Below, one piece after another: positions 11,901-23,521 of a stretch of DNA of 64,000 nucleotides. Each line of letters starts with the position of its first letter. Within the stretch, counting starts at the first letter, position 1. A program made the position numbers and the translations under genes. Origin of the DNA: an uncultured Chloroflexia bacterium (GTDB lineage Bacteria > Chloroflexota > Limnocylindria > Limnocylindrales > CSP1-4). The notes beneath the pieces were generated by a model. The model had not been told where the DNA came from and did not search any database. It saw only the letters and a program-made list of their open reading frames with translations. The DNA is taken from positions 64,001 through 128,000 of the forward strand of contig CAVTHS010000006.1 in the NCBI GenBank assembly GCA_963734535.1. Reading direction: 5' to 3'.

Positions 11901-12773
11901 ATGGCGGCCCCGGCGGCGCGCCAGGATGCCCCCCACGGCCTCGCCGTGCGCCCGTCAACCGATCGCGCGTTGCTCCGGGCCTTCCTCGAGCGGGATCGCC
12001 TGTACGCCGCCTACGCGCTGTGCGACCTCGACGACCGCGAGTTCGGGCGGACCCGATGGGGCGTCGCGCATGCGGGGTCGGAACCGGCGGCCGTGGTCCT
12101 CGAGTACGCGGGGCTCGCGCCCCAGCCGGTCTTCGTGATGGGCGATGGAGCCGGGATCGCGGCAGTCCTGCGGGAGCTCATCCGTCCCCGCGCCGCGTAC
12201 CTCGCCGCGCGGCCAGAGCACCTGCCGGCCGTCGCCTCGCTCTACCGGATCGAGCCCGGCCCGCCGATGGTCCGGATGTGGGTCGACCGCAGCCTCTTCC
12301 GGCCGTACCCCGCGGACGTCGCTCGGCTCCTTCCCGTCGAGGTCGGCGACCTCAACCGGCTCTACCAGCTGGGCTTCACCGCGTGGCTGCCGCCGACGGC
12401 GGTCGCGGAGGGCATCTACTACGGGATCCGGGTCGGCGGCAGGCTCGTCAGCGCCGCCGGCACGCACGTGATCTCGCCCGAGGCGCGCCTGGGCGTTGTC
12501 GGCAACGTGATGACCCACACGGACTTCCGGGGCCGGGGCTACGCGACGGCGGTCACGGGGGCGGTCACCGCCGACCTCCTGCGCTTCTGCGAGCAGGTCG
12601 TCCTGAACGTCCGCTCCGACAACCCGCCCGCCCTCCAGGCCTACGCGAAGCTGGGTTTCCGCGAGCACGTCCGCTTCGAAGAGCGGCTGATCCACCGGAC
12701 CGGCGGCGGGCTCGGCCCGCTCGGCGCGCTGCCGGGGCCGATCCGGCGGTTGCTCGGACGCGGCGAGAGCTGA
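11901..12773 (+). CDS. GNAT family acetyltransferase (C-terminal FR47-like domain)
   Basis: [15 protein letters not shown] motif A; [19 protein letters not shown]. Confidence 0.85.
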   Translation: MAAPAARQDAPHGLAVRPSTDRALLRAFLERDRLYAAYALCDLDDREFGRTRWGVAHAGSEPAAVVLEYAGLAPQPVFVMGDGAGIAAVLRELIRPRAAYLAARPEHLPAVASLYRIEPGPPMVRMWVDRSLFRPYPADVARLLPVEVGDLNRLYQLGFTAWLPPTAVAEGIYYGIRVGGRLVSAAGTHVISPEARLGVVGNVMTHTDFRGRGYATAVTGAVTADLLRFCEQVVLNVRSDNPPALQAYAKLGFREHVRFEERLIHRTGGGLGPLGALPGPIRRLLGRGES

Positions 12774-12904
12774 CCGGCGCACCGCCCTTCAACGTGGGCC
12801 GTCGTCGCCTCGACGCGCGCGGGAGTCGCGGCAGCGACGTCGGGCATAATCAGGGAAACGTCCCCGACCTCGGCCCATCCCCCGCCCTGGAGATCCTGCC
12901 TGCC

Positions 12905-14182
12905 ATGACCATCCCGACCGCCCTGCCGCCCCACGACGTCACGGACCTCGGTCTCGTGGACGAGGGCGTCCGCCGGATCGAGTGGGCGGAGCGCGAGATG
13001 CCCGTCCTCCGGCTGATCCGCGAACGGTTCACGCGCGAGCTGCCGCTCCGGGGCATGCGCGTCGCAGCCTGTCTCCATGTGACCACCGAGACCGCGAACC
13101 TGATGCGGACGCTGGCCGCGGGCGGAGCCGAGATCGCGCTCGCTGCCAGCAACCCGCTCTCCACGAAGGACGACGTGGCGGCCGCGCTCACCGCGCGCTA
13201 CGGGATTGCCACCTGGGCCCGCCGGGGCGAGGACCGCGACACCTATTACGCGCACCTCAACGCCGTTGCCGACACCCACCCGCAGCTCACGATGGACGAT
13301 GGCTGCGACCTGGTCTCGCTGCTCCACGGCGAGCGGCCCGGCCAGCTGGGCGAGGTCCTGGCCGGGACCGAGGAGACGACGACGGGCGTGATCCGCCTCC
13401 GCGCCATGGCCAGGGACGGCGCGCTGCGCTTCCCGGTCGTCGCCGTCAACGAGGCGGAGACGAAGCACCTGTTCGACAACCGCTACGGGACCGGCCAGAG
13501 CACGATCGACGGGATCCTGCGGGCCACGAACATCCTGCTCGCCGGGCGCCAGGCCGTGGTCGCCGGGTACGGCTGGGTCGGCAAGGGGATCGCGTCGCGC
13601 CTCAAGGGGATGGGGGCCCACGTCGCGGTCGTCGAGGTGAACCCCGTCCGGGCGCTCGAGGCCCTCATGGATGGCTTCGAGGTCATGACGGTCGACCAGG
13701 CCGCCCCGTGGGGCGAGCTGTTCATCACCGCGACCGGCAACGTGAACGTCTTCCGCCGCGAGCATTTCGTGGCGATGCCGGACGGCGCGATCATGGCCAA
13801 CAGCGGTCACTTCGACGCGGAGCTGGATCTCAAGGCCCTCCGGGCCCTCGCGGAGGGTCACGTGCGCGAGGTCCGCGAGAACGTCCAGGAGTTCGACCTC
13901 GGGCCGAAGAAGGTCCACCTGATCGCGGAGGGCCGGCTCGTGAACCTCGGCGCCGCCGAGGGCCACCCCGCCGCGGTCATGGACATGAGCTTCGCGAACC
14001 AGGCGCTCTGCGCCGAGTACGTCGCCCGGCACCATGCCGAGCTGGAGAGCATCGTCTACAACGTTCCCGAGGCGATCGACCAGGAGGTCGCCCGTCTCAA
14101 GCTCGAGGCGCTCGGCCACCACATCGACGGGATGACCGACGAGCAGGTGGCCTACTCGAACTCGTGGACGAGCGGGACGTAA
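12905..14182 (+). CDS. ahcY: Adenosylhomocysteinase
   Basis: [40 protein letters not shown] and GRLVNL...GHP motifs. Confidence 0.97.
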   Translation: MTIPTALPPHDVTDLGLVDEGVRRIEWAEREMPVLRLIRERFTRELPLRGMRVAACLHVTTETANLMRTLAAGGAEIALAASNPLSTKDDVAAALTARYGIATWARRGEDRDTYYAHLNAVADTHPQLTMDDGCDLVSLLHGERPGQLGEVLAGTEETTTGVIRLRAMARDGALRFPVVAVNEAETKHLFDNRYGTGQSTIDGILRATNILLAGRQAVVAGYGWVGKGIASRLKGMGAHVAVVEVNPVRALEALMDGFEVMTVDQAAPWGELFITATGNVNVFRREHFVAMPDGAIMANSGHFDAELDLKALRALAEGHVREVRENVQEFDLGPKKVHLIAEGRLVNLGAAEGHPAAVMDMSFANQALCAEYVARHHAELESIVYNVPEAIDQEVARLKLEALGHHIDGMTDEQVAYSNSWTSGT

Positions 14183-14189
14183 GCCACAG

Positions 14190-16268
14190 ATGACAGAGAG
14201 GTCAGCCCAGGCTCCGTTCGCCGCCACCGACGAAGCAGGGCCCGTGGTCGTCGCTCCCTACGGCAGCTGGAGCTCACCGGTCGCCCTCGAGCTGGTTGCA
14301 GCTGGGTTCGTCCGGCTGGCCGAGACGCGCTGGGACGGCGAGGCCATCACGTGGCTGGAGGGTCGCGCCGGGGACGGCGGTCGCCAGACGCTGGTCCGGT
14401 GGACGCGCGCCGGGGGCGCGCGCGACGTCAGCCCGCCCGGGATCAACGTCCGGACCCGCGTCCACGAGTACGGCGGGGCGGCGTACCTGGCCGCCGGCGA
14501 CCTGCTCGTCATCTCGGACTTCGCGACCGGGCGGCTCCTGCGGATCGGCCCGGATCGGACCGCGACGCCACTCACGCCCGACGGCCGCTGGCGTTACGCA
14601 GACCCGTGTCTCGACGCGGCGCGCAACCGGCTGGTCTGCGTCCGGGAGGATCATTCGGTCGAGGGGCGCGAGGCGGTCAACACGCTCGTGACGCTCCCGC
14701 TCGACGGGTCTGCCGCGGACGACCCGGCGCGTGTCGTGGAGCTGGCGGGCGGCTCCGACTTCGTCGCCGCGCCGCGACTCTCGCCGGACGGCGGACGCCT
14801 GGCATGGATCCGCTGGAACCACCCGAACATGCCGTGGGATGGGACCGAGTGCGTCGTGGCGGACCTCGGGTCGGACGGATCACTCGGTGAAGCGACGGTC
14901 GTGGCGGGCGACCCGGACACCTGGGTCACCCAGCCGGCGTGGTCGCCGGACGGCGTTCTCCACGTGTCGGCGGAGCTGGACGGCTGGCTGAACCTCTATC
15001 GCGTCGCGGACGGCGTGCCCCCGGATGCGGGCGTGCATGCCGATTCCGCCGTCCGTCTCGTCCCGCTTGCGCCGATGGCCGCCGAGTTCGGGGGACCGGA
15101 GTGGAACTTCGGCTACGCCGACTACGCCTTCGCGTCCAACGGGACGATCATCGCCGCCGGCCGCTCCGGCGGGCGCGACCGCCTCTACCGCATCGACCCG
15201 ACGGGAGTGGCCGGCCCGGCCGAGATCACGCTTCCGTTCACCGAGCTCGACTACATCGGCGTGCAGGGCGACCGCCTCGTCTGCCTGGCGGCGGCGCCGA
15301 CCGCGTTCCGCTCCGTCGTGATCGTGAGCCTCGTCGACGGGACCTTCGAGGTCCTCCGCCGAGCCTCCGGCGCCGTGCTCGATCCAGCCGATCTCGCGAC
15401 GGCCGAGCCGGTCGAGTTCCCGACGACCGGGGGGCGCACCGCGCATGGGATCCTCTACCGGCCGCACAACCGGCGTGCCCGGGCGCCCGACGGGGAGCTG
15501 CCGCCGCTGGTCGTGACCAGCCACGGCGGCCCGACCTCCGCGGCCTTCACCGGCCTCTCGATCTCGCTGCAGGTCCTCGCCACCCGCGGGATCGCCGTGC
15601 TCGACGTGGACTATGGCGGGAGCACGGGATACGGGCGCGATTACCGCGAGCGCCTGGAGGGGAGCTGGGGGATCGTGGACGTCGACGACTGCGTCGCCGG
15701 CGCCCGCGGGCTGGCCGACCGCGGCATCGTGGACCCGGAGAGGCTCGCGATCGAGGGCGGCTCGGCGTCGGGCTTCACGACGCTCGCGGCGCTCGCCTTC
15801 CGGGACGTCTTCCGGGCCGGCGTGAGCTACTTCGGGATCGGGAACCTGGCCGCGTTCGTGGCCGAGACCCACAAGTTCGAGTCGCGCTACCTCGAGGGCC
15901 TGGTCGGGCCGTATCCGGCCGCCCGGGACGTCTACGAGGCCCGCTCGCCGATCTTCCACGTCGATGGGATCCGCTGCCCGGTGCTGGTGCTGCAGGGCCT
16001 CGACGACCGCGTCGTGCCGCCGTCGGAGGCCGAACGGATCGTGGCAGCTTTGCGGGCGAACGGCATCCTCCACGCCTACATCCCCTTCGAGGGCGAGGAT
16101 CACGGGTTCCGCAAGGCGTCGTCGATGCTCCGCTCGATCCAGGCCGAGCTCGCGTTCTACGGCGCCGTCTTCGGGTTCGTCCCGGCCGATGCCCTGCCAC
16201 CGCTGCCCCTCGTCGGCGGGCCGCCGGAGGCAAGCGGGCCCGCGCGCCTGATCCCCGCGTCCGTGTGA
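14190..16268 (+). CDS. S9 family peptidase (dipeptidyl/acylaminoacyl peptidase)
   Basis: APYGSW, VHEYGG, WNHPNMPW, HGGPT, GGSASG nucleophile, QGLDDRVV and GEDHGF motifs. Confidence 0.92.
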   Translation: MTERSAQAPFAATDEAGPVVVAPYGSWSSPVALELVAAGFVRLAETRWDGEAITWLEGRAGDGGRQTLVRWTRAGGARDVSPPGINVRTRVHEYGGAAYLAAGDLLVISDFATGRLLRIGPDRTATPLTPDGRWRYADPCLDAARNRLVCVREDHSVEGREAVNTLVTLPLDGSAADDPARVVELAGGSDFVAAPRLSPDGGRLAWIRWNHPNMPWDGTECVVADLGSDGSLGEATVVAGDPDTWVTQPAWSPDGVLHVSAELDGWLNLYRVADGVPPDAGVHADSAVRLVPLAPMAAEFGGPEWNFGYADYAFASNGTIIAAGRSGGRDRLYRIDPTGVAGPAEITLPFTELDYIGVQGDRLVCLAAAPTAFRSVVIVSLVDGTFEVLRRASGAVLDPADLATAEPVEFPTTGGRTAHGILYRPHNRRARAPDGELPPLVVTSHGGPTSAAFTGLSISLQVLATRGIAVLDVDYGGSTGYGRDYRERLEGSWGIVDVDDCVAGARGLADRGIVDPERLAIEGGSASGFTTLAALAFRDVFRAGVSYFGIGNLAAFVAETHKFESRYLEGLVGPYPAARDVYEARSPIFHVDGIRCPVLVLQGLDDRVVPPSEAERIVAALRANGILHAYIPFEGEDHGFRKASSMLRSIQAELAFYGAVFGFVPADALPPLPLVGGPPEASGPARLIPASV

Positions 16269-16339
16269 CCGCGGCGCCGACGCCATTCGGCACGGCGTCG
16301 CTGCCCGAGTCGAGCGGCTCGAACGCTCGTTCCCTCGGC

Positions 16340-17161
16340 TCAGCGACGTCGAGTGCCGCCCGGGCGTGGGCGTCTCCGGTTGCGGCGCCGGACGTCGGAC
16401 GCGATCAGCATGCCGAGCAGGGCCAGGGCGATGACGACCGCGAACACCGCGCTCGAGACTCCGCCCTGGTCTCCAGCCGTCCCAACGGGGATCGCGGGGC
16501 CCGTGTGACCGGCCGAGGTCCCGGGACTCACCACGGGGTTCGGGCCGGCGCCCGACGGCGAACCTGCGGATCTTCGAGCGACGAGGGCAAAGTCGCCGAA
16601 CCGGGTGACGACGGCGGTGAACACGGGAGCAAACCCCGCGGCCTGGGTCTCGAGCGGCTCCCATCCGCCAGGGGTCAGCTGCTCGATCGTTACCAGCGGC
16701 TCGTCGCCCGGGCTGCGCATGACGACCGTCACCTGCTGAGCCGCCGGTGCCGTGAGGTCGACCCCGGCCTGGTTCGTGAGCGTGATGCGGTACACGTTGC
16801 CATCAATGCGGCCGTCGGTCGGGAGCGTGCCCGGTGCGACCGGGGTGATCGAGATCCTGATCGACGTGGTTCCCGCCGGCAGGTCGAGTGAGCCTGGCGT
16901 TGCGAAGACCTGGGCCTGGGGCGGAAGCTCCCCGGTGCCGAGGGCGACCAGCGGATTGGCCCCGTTGACGGGCTCCACGACGTTCGCGGCAGACCCTGGG
17001 CCCCCGGGCTGGCCCTGCAGCGGTGTCAGCCATCGGTAGGGCTCCTGCACCGCGACGCCGTCGTAGAGCGGTGGAGTGAGCACGGGTGCGACGTGCTGGG
17101 CGGCAAGGATCGCGATGATGCCGATCGCAAGCGAGGCGATTCCGATGCGGTGCTCGCGCAT
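16340..17161 (-). CDS. Exported hypothetical protein with C-terminal TM helix and Arg-rich tail
   Basis: N-terminal hydrophobic segment, PPLYDG...PYRW, C-terminal AVFAVVIALALLGMLIA-RRRNRRR; ATG overlaps the CPBP stop. Confidence 0.75.
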   Translation of the reverse strand: MREHRIGIASLAIGIIAILAAQHVAPVLTPPLYDGVAVQEPYRWLTPLQGQPGGPGSAANVVEPVNGANPLVALGTGELPPQAQVFATPGSLDLPAGTTSIRISITPVAPGTLPTDGRIDGNVYRITLTNQAGVDLTAPAAQQVTVVMRSPGDEPLVTIEQLTPGGWEPLETQAAGFAPVFTAVVTRFGDFALVARRSAGSPSGAGPNPVVSPGTSAGHTGPAIPVGTAGDQGGVSSAVFAVVIALALLGMLIASDVRRRNRRRPRPGGTRRR

Positions 17162-17769
17162 CACAGCCACCATGTCGCGATGTCGGCGATGGCGTGGGCG
17201 ATCGCCGGGGCCGCAACTCCGCGGCTGACGAGGCGCAGGCCCGCCAGCAGGAACCCGACGGCAATGTCCAGGGGGACGACGTGCCACCCGTAGAGCGGGA
17301 CGTGGAGCAGGGCGAATGCCGCGCTCGTCAGGGCGATCGCGACAGGGAGGCTCGCAGCGCCCGAAAGGGCATCGAACAGGGTGCCCCGGAGCACCGCCTC
17401 CTCGCCGACGGCGACCAGCAGCGTCACTGCCACCCAGAGGGCGAACGGCTCCGGGTGGCTGCCGAGGGGGAGGCCGGGCCCCGGCCGGGCGACGATCGGC
17501 AGGAGCACGAGGACGATTCCGCCGGCAAGCCCACCCGCAACGCCGACACGCCGGGGGCGGCCCAGGGACAGGCCTGTCGCGACCGCGAGCCCGATCAGCA
17601 ACGCGCCGAAGACGATCCCGGCCGTGAACGCGGGGCCGACGCCTGCCCCGTTGAGCGCGACGCGGGCGGCAACGGCGAGCGTCAACCCGCCCGAGATCGC
17701 CGCTGCGCGGGCGGCGCGCCGGAGTGAGCTCAGCGTCGCCGCACCCACCGCCGGCGCGGCCGGCGCCAT
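17161..17769 (-). CDS. CPBP (CAAX/Abi) intramembrane glutamic protease
   Basis: EEAVLRG (EExxxR), FALLH and AHAIAD motifs; multiple TM segments. Confidence 0.88.
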   Translation of the reverse strand: MAPAAPAVGAATLSSLRRAARAAAISGGLTLAVAARVALNGAGVGPAFTAGIVFGALLIGLAVATGLSLGRPRRVGVAGGLAGGIVLVLLPIVARPGPGLPLGSHPEPFALWVAVTLLVAVGEEAVLRGTLFDALSGAASLPVAIALTSAAFALLHVPLYGWHVVPLDIAVGFLLAGLRLVSRGVAAPAIAHAIADIATWWL

Positions 17770-19198
17770 CACCGCGGCAGCGGGACGAACTGGATCGTCC
17801 CCGTTGCATACGTCGGCGGCCAGACGAACGCGTACGTCCGGACTGCCTGCCATTGCCAGATGACCGCCGCAGCCCGATCGTTCTGGCCGAGTGTTGCGGG
17901 ATCGGACGAGAACCGGAGCCCTGCCCCGTTGGGCAGCGCGCCGGTCGGCAGGTCGACGGCGCGGGCGGCTGCGGCGATCGTCACCGCGTCCGGACCGCCC
18001 GCCAGTGCCGCGGCGGGCAGGACGTCGTGGAAGAGGGGCCACGCGGCCGAGAACCCGGAGATGCCCTCCTCGGTCGGGCCGGCCGAGGAGCCGAGGTCGG
18101 GGCCGACGAGGCCGTATTCCGGTGCTGCGCTCGGTTCGGGCGCGCCGCCGTACCCGGTGCCTCCACCGCCGTTGCCGCTGGGCGCCGTGCTCGCGGCGCC
18201 CGGGCGCGCGGCCCAGGCGGCCGCGAAGCGGTCGTAGACGGCGCGCGCGGCAGGATCGAGCGCGCCCGGCTGGAACCCGCCCGTGGGGCGATCCGACGCG
18301 AAGATCCCGATCGCATCCGCTCCGAGGTCGCCAGCGAAGTCCGGGTCGCACTCGGCCATCGTCGACCCGATGAGGGCCTTCACGCGAAGCCCCTGCCGAC
18401 AGCATCGCCCGGCGGAACGCGACGCCGTCGGGGATGTGCGATGCCAGGATGAGGACGTCCGGGCTGGCGGCCTTGAGCTCGTCCATCAGGCGCGACCAGG
18501 CCGGGTTGCCCGAGGTCGTACGAAAGGCGCGCCACGACCCGCCCGTGCGCGACATCGGCGGTCCGCTCGGCGGCGTCGGCCACGGACTGCGCGTAGTCGT
18601 CCTGCGCGTTGACGATGGCGACGCGAAGGTCGGGCGCGGCGAGGCCGAGGCGTGGGGCCAGCTCCGTCGCGGCGAACTGGGCCGAGTTCGTCCCGAGCTG
18701 CGTGCCACTCGCCCCAACTCGGAATACGAGCGGAAGACCGCGCCCCGTGAGGCGATCGGCGACGGCGCCCGCCTCCCAGTACACGAGGCCGGCCGCATCG
18801 GCGGCGGCGCTCGCGGCGATCGACAGGTCGGACGAATAGGCGCCGACGACGACGCTGACGCCGTCGGCCCGCAGATCGGCCATCACGTCCTGCGCATCCG
18901 CGCGACTCTCGAGATCGCGTACCACGAGCTCGATCGGACGCCCGCCGACGCCGCCGTCCGCGTTCACGAGGTTCGCCGCGATCTGGACGCCCGCGAGCTC
19001 CTGGCCGGCCAGTCCTGCGGCATTGCCCGCCAGCGGGAAGACCGCCCCGATCCGGATCGGCGGGGCGCCGGACGATCCGGCGGGCGTGGCAGCGGGCGCC
19101 CGGGCAGCTCCCGCAAGCAGGCTGACCGCGATGGCCGAGCCACTGGCAGCGAGCGCGATGCCGACGATGAGGCCTCGTCGAAGGGCGGATCGGGGCAT
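17769..19198 (-). CDS. LivJ-like ABC substrate-binding protein (at least 2 frameshifts near 18380-18510)
   Basis: PIRIGAVFPLAG, VNADGGVGGRPIELVVRD, VVVGAYSS and PDVLILASH motifs spread over three frames; no permease or ATPase genes nearby. Confidence 0.75.
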
Positions 19199-19199
19199 G

Positions 19200-19681
19200 T
19201 CACTTCACCGTGAAGAGGACTTCGTCGGACCAGACCCGCGGGTTGAACGGGGCGTGATCGGCGGCCACGAACTCGGCTTTGAGCACGTACGTCCCAGGGT
19301 GGACCGGCAGGTCCTGCTCGAGGCCGTAGTTCATCGAGACGAGGACGTTGTCGACGTACAGGTGGACGTGGCCCGCGGTCGGGTCGGATGCTCGTCGAGG
19401 TTGCAGCCACGATCTCGGCGCCCTGGAGCGAGACGATGATGTGCACCGTCGAGCCGTTGACGACCGCGCCCTGGGCCGGCGACGTGATCGCGATGACGGC
19501 CGGGGAGGCCGGCCGCGATCCGCTGGGCGTTGCGGCAACAGGGCTCGCGCCGGACGCGCCCGGCGGCGCAGATACGAGACCCGGATCCACCGATGCCGGT
19601 CCGCCGGCGGAGCAGGCCGCGAGGCTGACCGCGACCGCTACCGATCACCAGGAGGCGTCGAACGCGGCTGGTCGTGGACAT
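19200..19681 (-). CDS. His-motif lipoprotein (DUF4399/DUF6130-like; frameshifted)
   Basis: Lipobox SLAAC; ITSPAQG; GHVHLYVD and EFVAADHAPF motifs across frames. Confidence 0.65.
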
Positions 19682-19689
19682 CGGATACC

Positions 19690-21743
19690 TCATGGTGCGA
19701 TGGAGATGTCGAGCCGGGTCGCGAGCTCGTCGCCTCCCGGCGCCGGCGCCGAGACGGCAAGGCTGTAGCGTGCCTGCGGGCAGCTTCGCGTCGGCGACGA
19801 AGTGGCCGGGCTCGAGCTGGCTAGGCGCCAGGGGACGCAAGCGTGCCGTCCACCGGGCCGAGCGTCATCGTCACGCTCGTGCACGGGAAGCTCGCTCCCT
19901 GACGCGTCGAAGAACGTGGCGTGGATCTCGTTGGGACCCGCCGTCCCGGGATCCGCGTAGATCTCGACCGTCCTGCCGGCGGAGAGGTGGACCGTGTAGA
20001 TGGTCGGCAGACCCGGCACGGCGTTGACCTCGATCGTCGCGCCGGCGACGCCGAGCCGGAAGCTGTTCCCGGGGTGGTCAGCTCGAGCCGGACCTCGACC
20101 GATGCCGTCCCGTTTGCGACCACGGCGGTGATGCCCCACGTCCCGTCGAGGGACAGGTTGGTGCCATTCGCGGAGAAGACCCCGGGGCCGGTCGGCACGA
20201 GGTCGAGCCGGGAGGTCCCGACGTCCGACCGCGGTGGCGTGAAGCGGAGCGAGACGCCGGAGGCGGCGATCGGCGCGCCGCTGTCATAGTCGCTCACGGT
20301 GGCCGTGAACGTGTCCGCGCCGGCCGCTCCCCGCACGACCACCAGTCGCAGCCGGACCGACGTACCGAAGTCGTTTCCAAGCACGACCAGCGGCGCCGGG
20401 GTCGGGCCGGGACTCGGGCTCGCCGCAGCCGCAGGTCCGCCCGTCGAGGCCTCGCCCGCCGCCGCGACGGCCGCCGGTGGGGCAAGGTTGACGAGGCTGG
20501 CGGACAGGAGCACGACCGTGGCACCAACGAGCAATTCGATCGGTGCCGACCGGCGCAGCCCGCGCAGCGTGCGACCGGCGGCGGGCACGTTCCGGAAATG
20601 GTTGACTGCCCCGAGCGTTGCGAGCAGGCCGAGCAGGGCGGTCTTGGCGATGACGAGGCGACCGAAGTCGGTCGTGACAAGGCGATCGAACGTCGCCGAT
20701 CTCCGCGATCGCCCGGATCAGCCCCGTGACGGCGACGGTCGCGATCCCGGCCGTGGCGAGCCGGGCAAAGCGCCGGGCGGCGCGGGCCGTTCGCTCATCG
20801 GCGACGCCGCGAAGCGTCAGCAGCAGGCCGGCAAGCCCGCCGAGCCACATGCCCACGGCGAGCACGTGGAGTCCCTGGATCGCGATCCCGGTCGTGGCAC
20901 TCGCGCCGGCGGCCGCGTGGCTCAGGAGGACGTCGGCAAGCAGCGCGCTCGCGGCGCCGAGCGCCGTCACGGTGAGGGCAGCTCGATTGGCCGGGCGACG
21001 CGCTACGACGATGGCGCCAAGACCGGCCGACGAGCAGCGGCACGCTGCGTTCCGCAGATCGGCCGAGCCCAGCGACGTGCCGAGCACCTCGCCCAGCGCG
21101 GCGCCCGACTCGGCGACCTGGTCGGCGAGCGACGATGGTCGTGCCGATTGCCGCCACGAGCCAGGCCAGCGGCAGGAACCGACGGCTGACGGCGGCGTCA
21201 GGCGCCGCGACGAGGAGCCCGATTGCAGCCCCGCCAAGAAGCCCGATCAGGCCAAGGAACAGGTACCAGCGGCCGGTGATCGTCAGGGCCGACGGCGCGC
21301 TGGCTCCGGGAGTCGTCCCGACGGTCCCCGGCCCGGCATTCGACCCGGGGGCCGGGGGCGGCGGGGTCGTGCCGACCCCGAAGGCGAACGACCCGGTCGC
21401 CGAATGCCCGTCCACTGCAGAGACCGTCCGCCAGGCAACGGTGTAGACACCCGGGCCCACGTGCATCATGGGCGCCGGAGAGCGTCAGCGCGTCCCCGGG
21501 AACGACCGTGGCCGAGCCGCTGCTCACGACATTTCCGGCCCTGTCGAGCACCCGGATCGTCGAGAGCCTTGGGTCTGGCGTCTCCCCGAACGTGATCGTG
21601 ACGGCAGCGGGGGCCGTCGTGAGGGTCGCGCCGGCGCTCGGGTCCGATCTCTGAGGAAGCGAGTGGGCGGCAGCCGAGCCGGCCGCGAGAGCCACCAGGA
21701 ACAGCGCCGCAGCGAGCGCGCGGGTCGCCACGACGCTGCTCAT
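19690..21743 (-). CDS. CopC-CopD fusion with C-terminal YtkA/FixH-like domains (multiple frameshifts)
   Basis: Signal AAA-HS..SDP, YTVAWRTVSAVDGH..GSFAF (CopC); SHA, LHVLAVGMWLGGL and RFARLA (CopD); GTWGIT and GPNEIH in the C-terminal domains. Confidence 0.85.
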
Positions 21744-21828
21744 GGCACGGGCACGAGGACCTCCTACCCTCCGCTGGCCGGGACTGGCAGCGCGCCCCGA
21801 TCGGTCCGGCCGCGGACTGTCTGGTGCC

Positions 21829-22612
21829 TCAGCTCGTCATCGGCGACCGCTCGCCGACCGCCACGGAACGGTGTCGCCCGCGCAGGCTCGAGACCAGGGC
21901 CAGGAGCCCGATCATGATCCCGAGAACACCGGCGCCGAGGCCGACCAGGAGCGCCCGGCTCGCGTCATCCCGAGCCTGGTTTGCTGCCGCCTGCGCGGCC
22001 TGCAGGGATGCCTGGATCGTGCTGTTCGAGGTCTGTGTCTGCTGGACGGCGGCCTGGACCTGGCCGAGACCGGCCTGGGCGCCCTGGAGGCGCGTGTCGA
22101 GCCGATCCACCTTGGTGGCGAGATCGCCGATCGCCGGGACCTTCACCGGGAACTCCAGGGCCGCCGTCGTCTCCGCGGACGAGAACGTCGACGGCGACGA
22201 CGTCATCTGGAGGTCGACGGGGGCGCCGTGGATGGCGCCCGTGATGTGGAACGTGTAGTCGCCGGGGGAGGTGGGAACGAAGACGGCGTCGTACTCGCCG
22301 GGTGTGCCCCAGCCCTCCTCGACGTCGAATGCGGGCTCGAGCGAAAGCTCCTGGCTCAGCTGGTCGCCGAAGCCGACGACGACCGACAGGTCGCCGGCGG
22401 CGATGTCGGTGACGGGCTTCTCCGTGGTGGTCGCTGACGAAGACCTGGACGCCGTTCACCTCGCCGACGAACGTCGGCTCGTGCTGGAAGCCGATGGCGA
22501 ACGTGTAGTGGCCGGCGGACGCCATGCCGTGGGCAGATGCCCCCGCCACGGACGCAAGAGCCAGGAGCGCGGCCGCGAGGGCGGGCGCGAGGAAACGAAG
22601 GACGGAGCGCAT
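21829..22612 (-). CDS. Exported protein with mature N-terminal His, coiled coil and C-terminal TM anchor (frameshift near 22430)
   Basis: Signal peptide ...ASA-HGM; GFQHEPTF, GEYDAVFVPTSPGDYTFHITG; C-terminal LLVGLGAGVLGIMIGLLALV-RGRHR; AAGGAG RBS. Confidence 0.75.
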
Positions 22613-22651
22613 GATCGATCTCCTTGCCCTGCCGATGACGGCAGATCGAGG

Positions 22652-23521
22652 TCACCCTGGTACGGCGAATGCGCCACCGTGCCGGGTCTCCGACCGCGTG
22701 GAGCGGGTCGGAGTGGCGCGGAGGATCGGCGCGTGCGACCGTCGCGGGCGTCGGGTGGGCGCCGGCATCGGGCCGGTACCAGCGCAGACCGCTGCGGCCG
22801 GGTCGGGGCAGCGGTCGGTCAGGCAGCCACGGGCGGAGGGCGGCGCCCGCCCGGCAAGGCGCCGGGCGATCAGCCAGCCGTGGGCGACGGAGGCCGCGAC
22901 ATCGCCCCAGCGACGGGCGGCGCGGGTCGCGCCCGCCCGGACGAAGCGGGTCGCGCCGGCCCGGGCAGCGGCAAGGCGGCGCTCGAGGACGACACCCCGC
23001 CAGCGCAGCCAGGCCGCGGTGATGGCGAGCAGGAGCGAGACGCCGAAGAGGACCGGGAGCGCGAGCGGGTGGTGCGGCCAGACGAGGACGTCGAGGCCGT
23101 GGAACCCGTGGCCCGCGGCGAGGTGCTCGAGGTTCTCCTGGACGACGAACCCGGTCGTGATGACGAGGAACAGGCGGGGGGCGAGGCCGAGGAACTCGTC
23201 GAGGAAGGTCGGGCAGCTCCCCGGCTGCTCGCGCTCGCGCCGCCCCGGGCTCCGGCCGCCCCGCACCAGCGCGATCCGGGACCGCAGGCGGGCGAGGCCG
23301 ACCAGCGTCGCGACGATCGGGATGCCGGCCAGCAGGCTCGCGAGGACCGCGAAGGTGACCCAGTAGCCGTGCCCGGTGGCCGCGAGCGCCTGCCCCGAGA
23401 CGGGCCCGTACTCGGCGATGAAGACCGCGTCGTGGGCCACCACGAGGCCCACCAGGGCGAACGCCCAGAACCGGATCCGCCGGAACCGGACGAGCGTGCG
23501 GGACGGGGCCTCGGGCGCCAT
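22652..23521 (-). CDS. His-rich membrane leader protein with RAPP motif (true stop probably 22819-22821)
   Basis: VAHDAVF, GHGYW, QENLEHLAAGHGFHG, HHP and RRLAGRAPP; about 4 hydrophobic segments; TACAAT 6 nt before the ATG. Confidence 0.7.
   Translation of the reverse strand: MAPEAPSRTLVRFRRIRFWAFALVGLVVAHDAVFIAEYGPVSGQALAATGHGYWVTFAVLASLLAGIPIVATLVGLARLRSRIALVRGGRSPGRREREQPGSCPTFLDEFLGLAPRLFLVITTGFVVQENLEHLAAGHGFHGLDVLVWPHHPLALPVLFGVSLLLAITAAWLRWRGVVLERRLAAARAGATRFVRAGATRAARRWGDVAASVAHGWLIARRLAGRAPPSARGCLTDRCPDPAAAVCAGTGPMPAPTRRPRRSHAPILRATPTRSTRSETRHGGAFAVPG

Noticed and set aside
12774-12904. SAH riboswitch upstream of ahcY
   Set aside because: No recognisable consensus; only a CATAAT -10-like hexamer
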